Source: the human T2T-CHM13v2.0 reference genome, Homo sapiens. From it: DNA of 64,000 nucleotides. The stretch's first letter is position 1, and the number at the start of each line of letters is the position of its first letter. Made by a program: the position numbers and the translations under genes. The notes under the pieces are model-generated. The model worked only from the letters and a program-made list of their open reading frames with translations. It did not search any database and was not told the DNA's origin. Shown here piece after piece: positions 63,668-64,000 of the stretch. The stretch lies in NCBI RefSeq assembly GCF_009914755.1, contig NC_060936.1; one strand, given 5' to 3'.

Positions 63668-64000
63668 CTGACTCTGGAGCCACCACAATGGTACAAGAGT
63701 CAAGGGCTGAGTAACCTCAGCATTAGGCATAAGTGGAGACAATTCTTGGCTTCTTGCAAGATCTGGCCCAGCCATATTTTAGGAGGCCTGAGCATGTTTT
63801 AGCAGAGAGTGCTTGAGACAGAGACCACTGCTGCTGTGGCTTCTGCCCCTTCTCCCTAGATAAGAAAGCTCCTGCATTCTTAGCCCTGGAAAAAATGCTC
63901 ATGGTTCTGAATAGATCCATCCTGTTTTGGATTTGGGCTCAGCAAGGTGGGACATGAAGTCCCAGAACCATCAATTGTATATGCAATTACAAGTAAGTGA

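Overview
Primate (probably human) genomic DNA, mostly transposon-derived: a large L1MA, two L1PA copies, older L1M/L2/MIR fragments, about 12 Alus, three full-length THE1 MaLR proviruses and several solo LTRs, plus a tailless 5S rRNA retrocopy. I recognise no intact protein-coding gene, and most listed ORFs are repeat-derived. The unique DNA holds three apparent gene relics on the minus strand. (1) A compact nine-exon gene at 34531-37112 has GT-AG splice sites, and exons 3-9 splice in phase into a 200-codon open stretch of a Cys-rich protein I cannot assign to a family; it carries 4 in-frame stops. (2) A diverged paralogous copy of its last exon lies at 49275-49436. (3) A single-exon four-transmembrane connexin-like pseudogene lies at 62285-63031. 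There is also a CpG-rich promoter-like patch with a possible two-exon plus-strand smORF transcript (60510-61637) and a 275-bp templated local duplication. Repeat subfamily names come from my recall of consensus sequences and are not search results.
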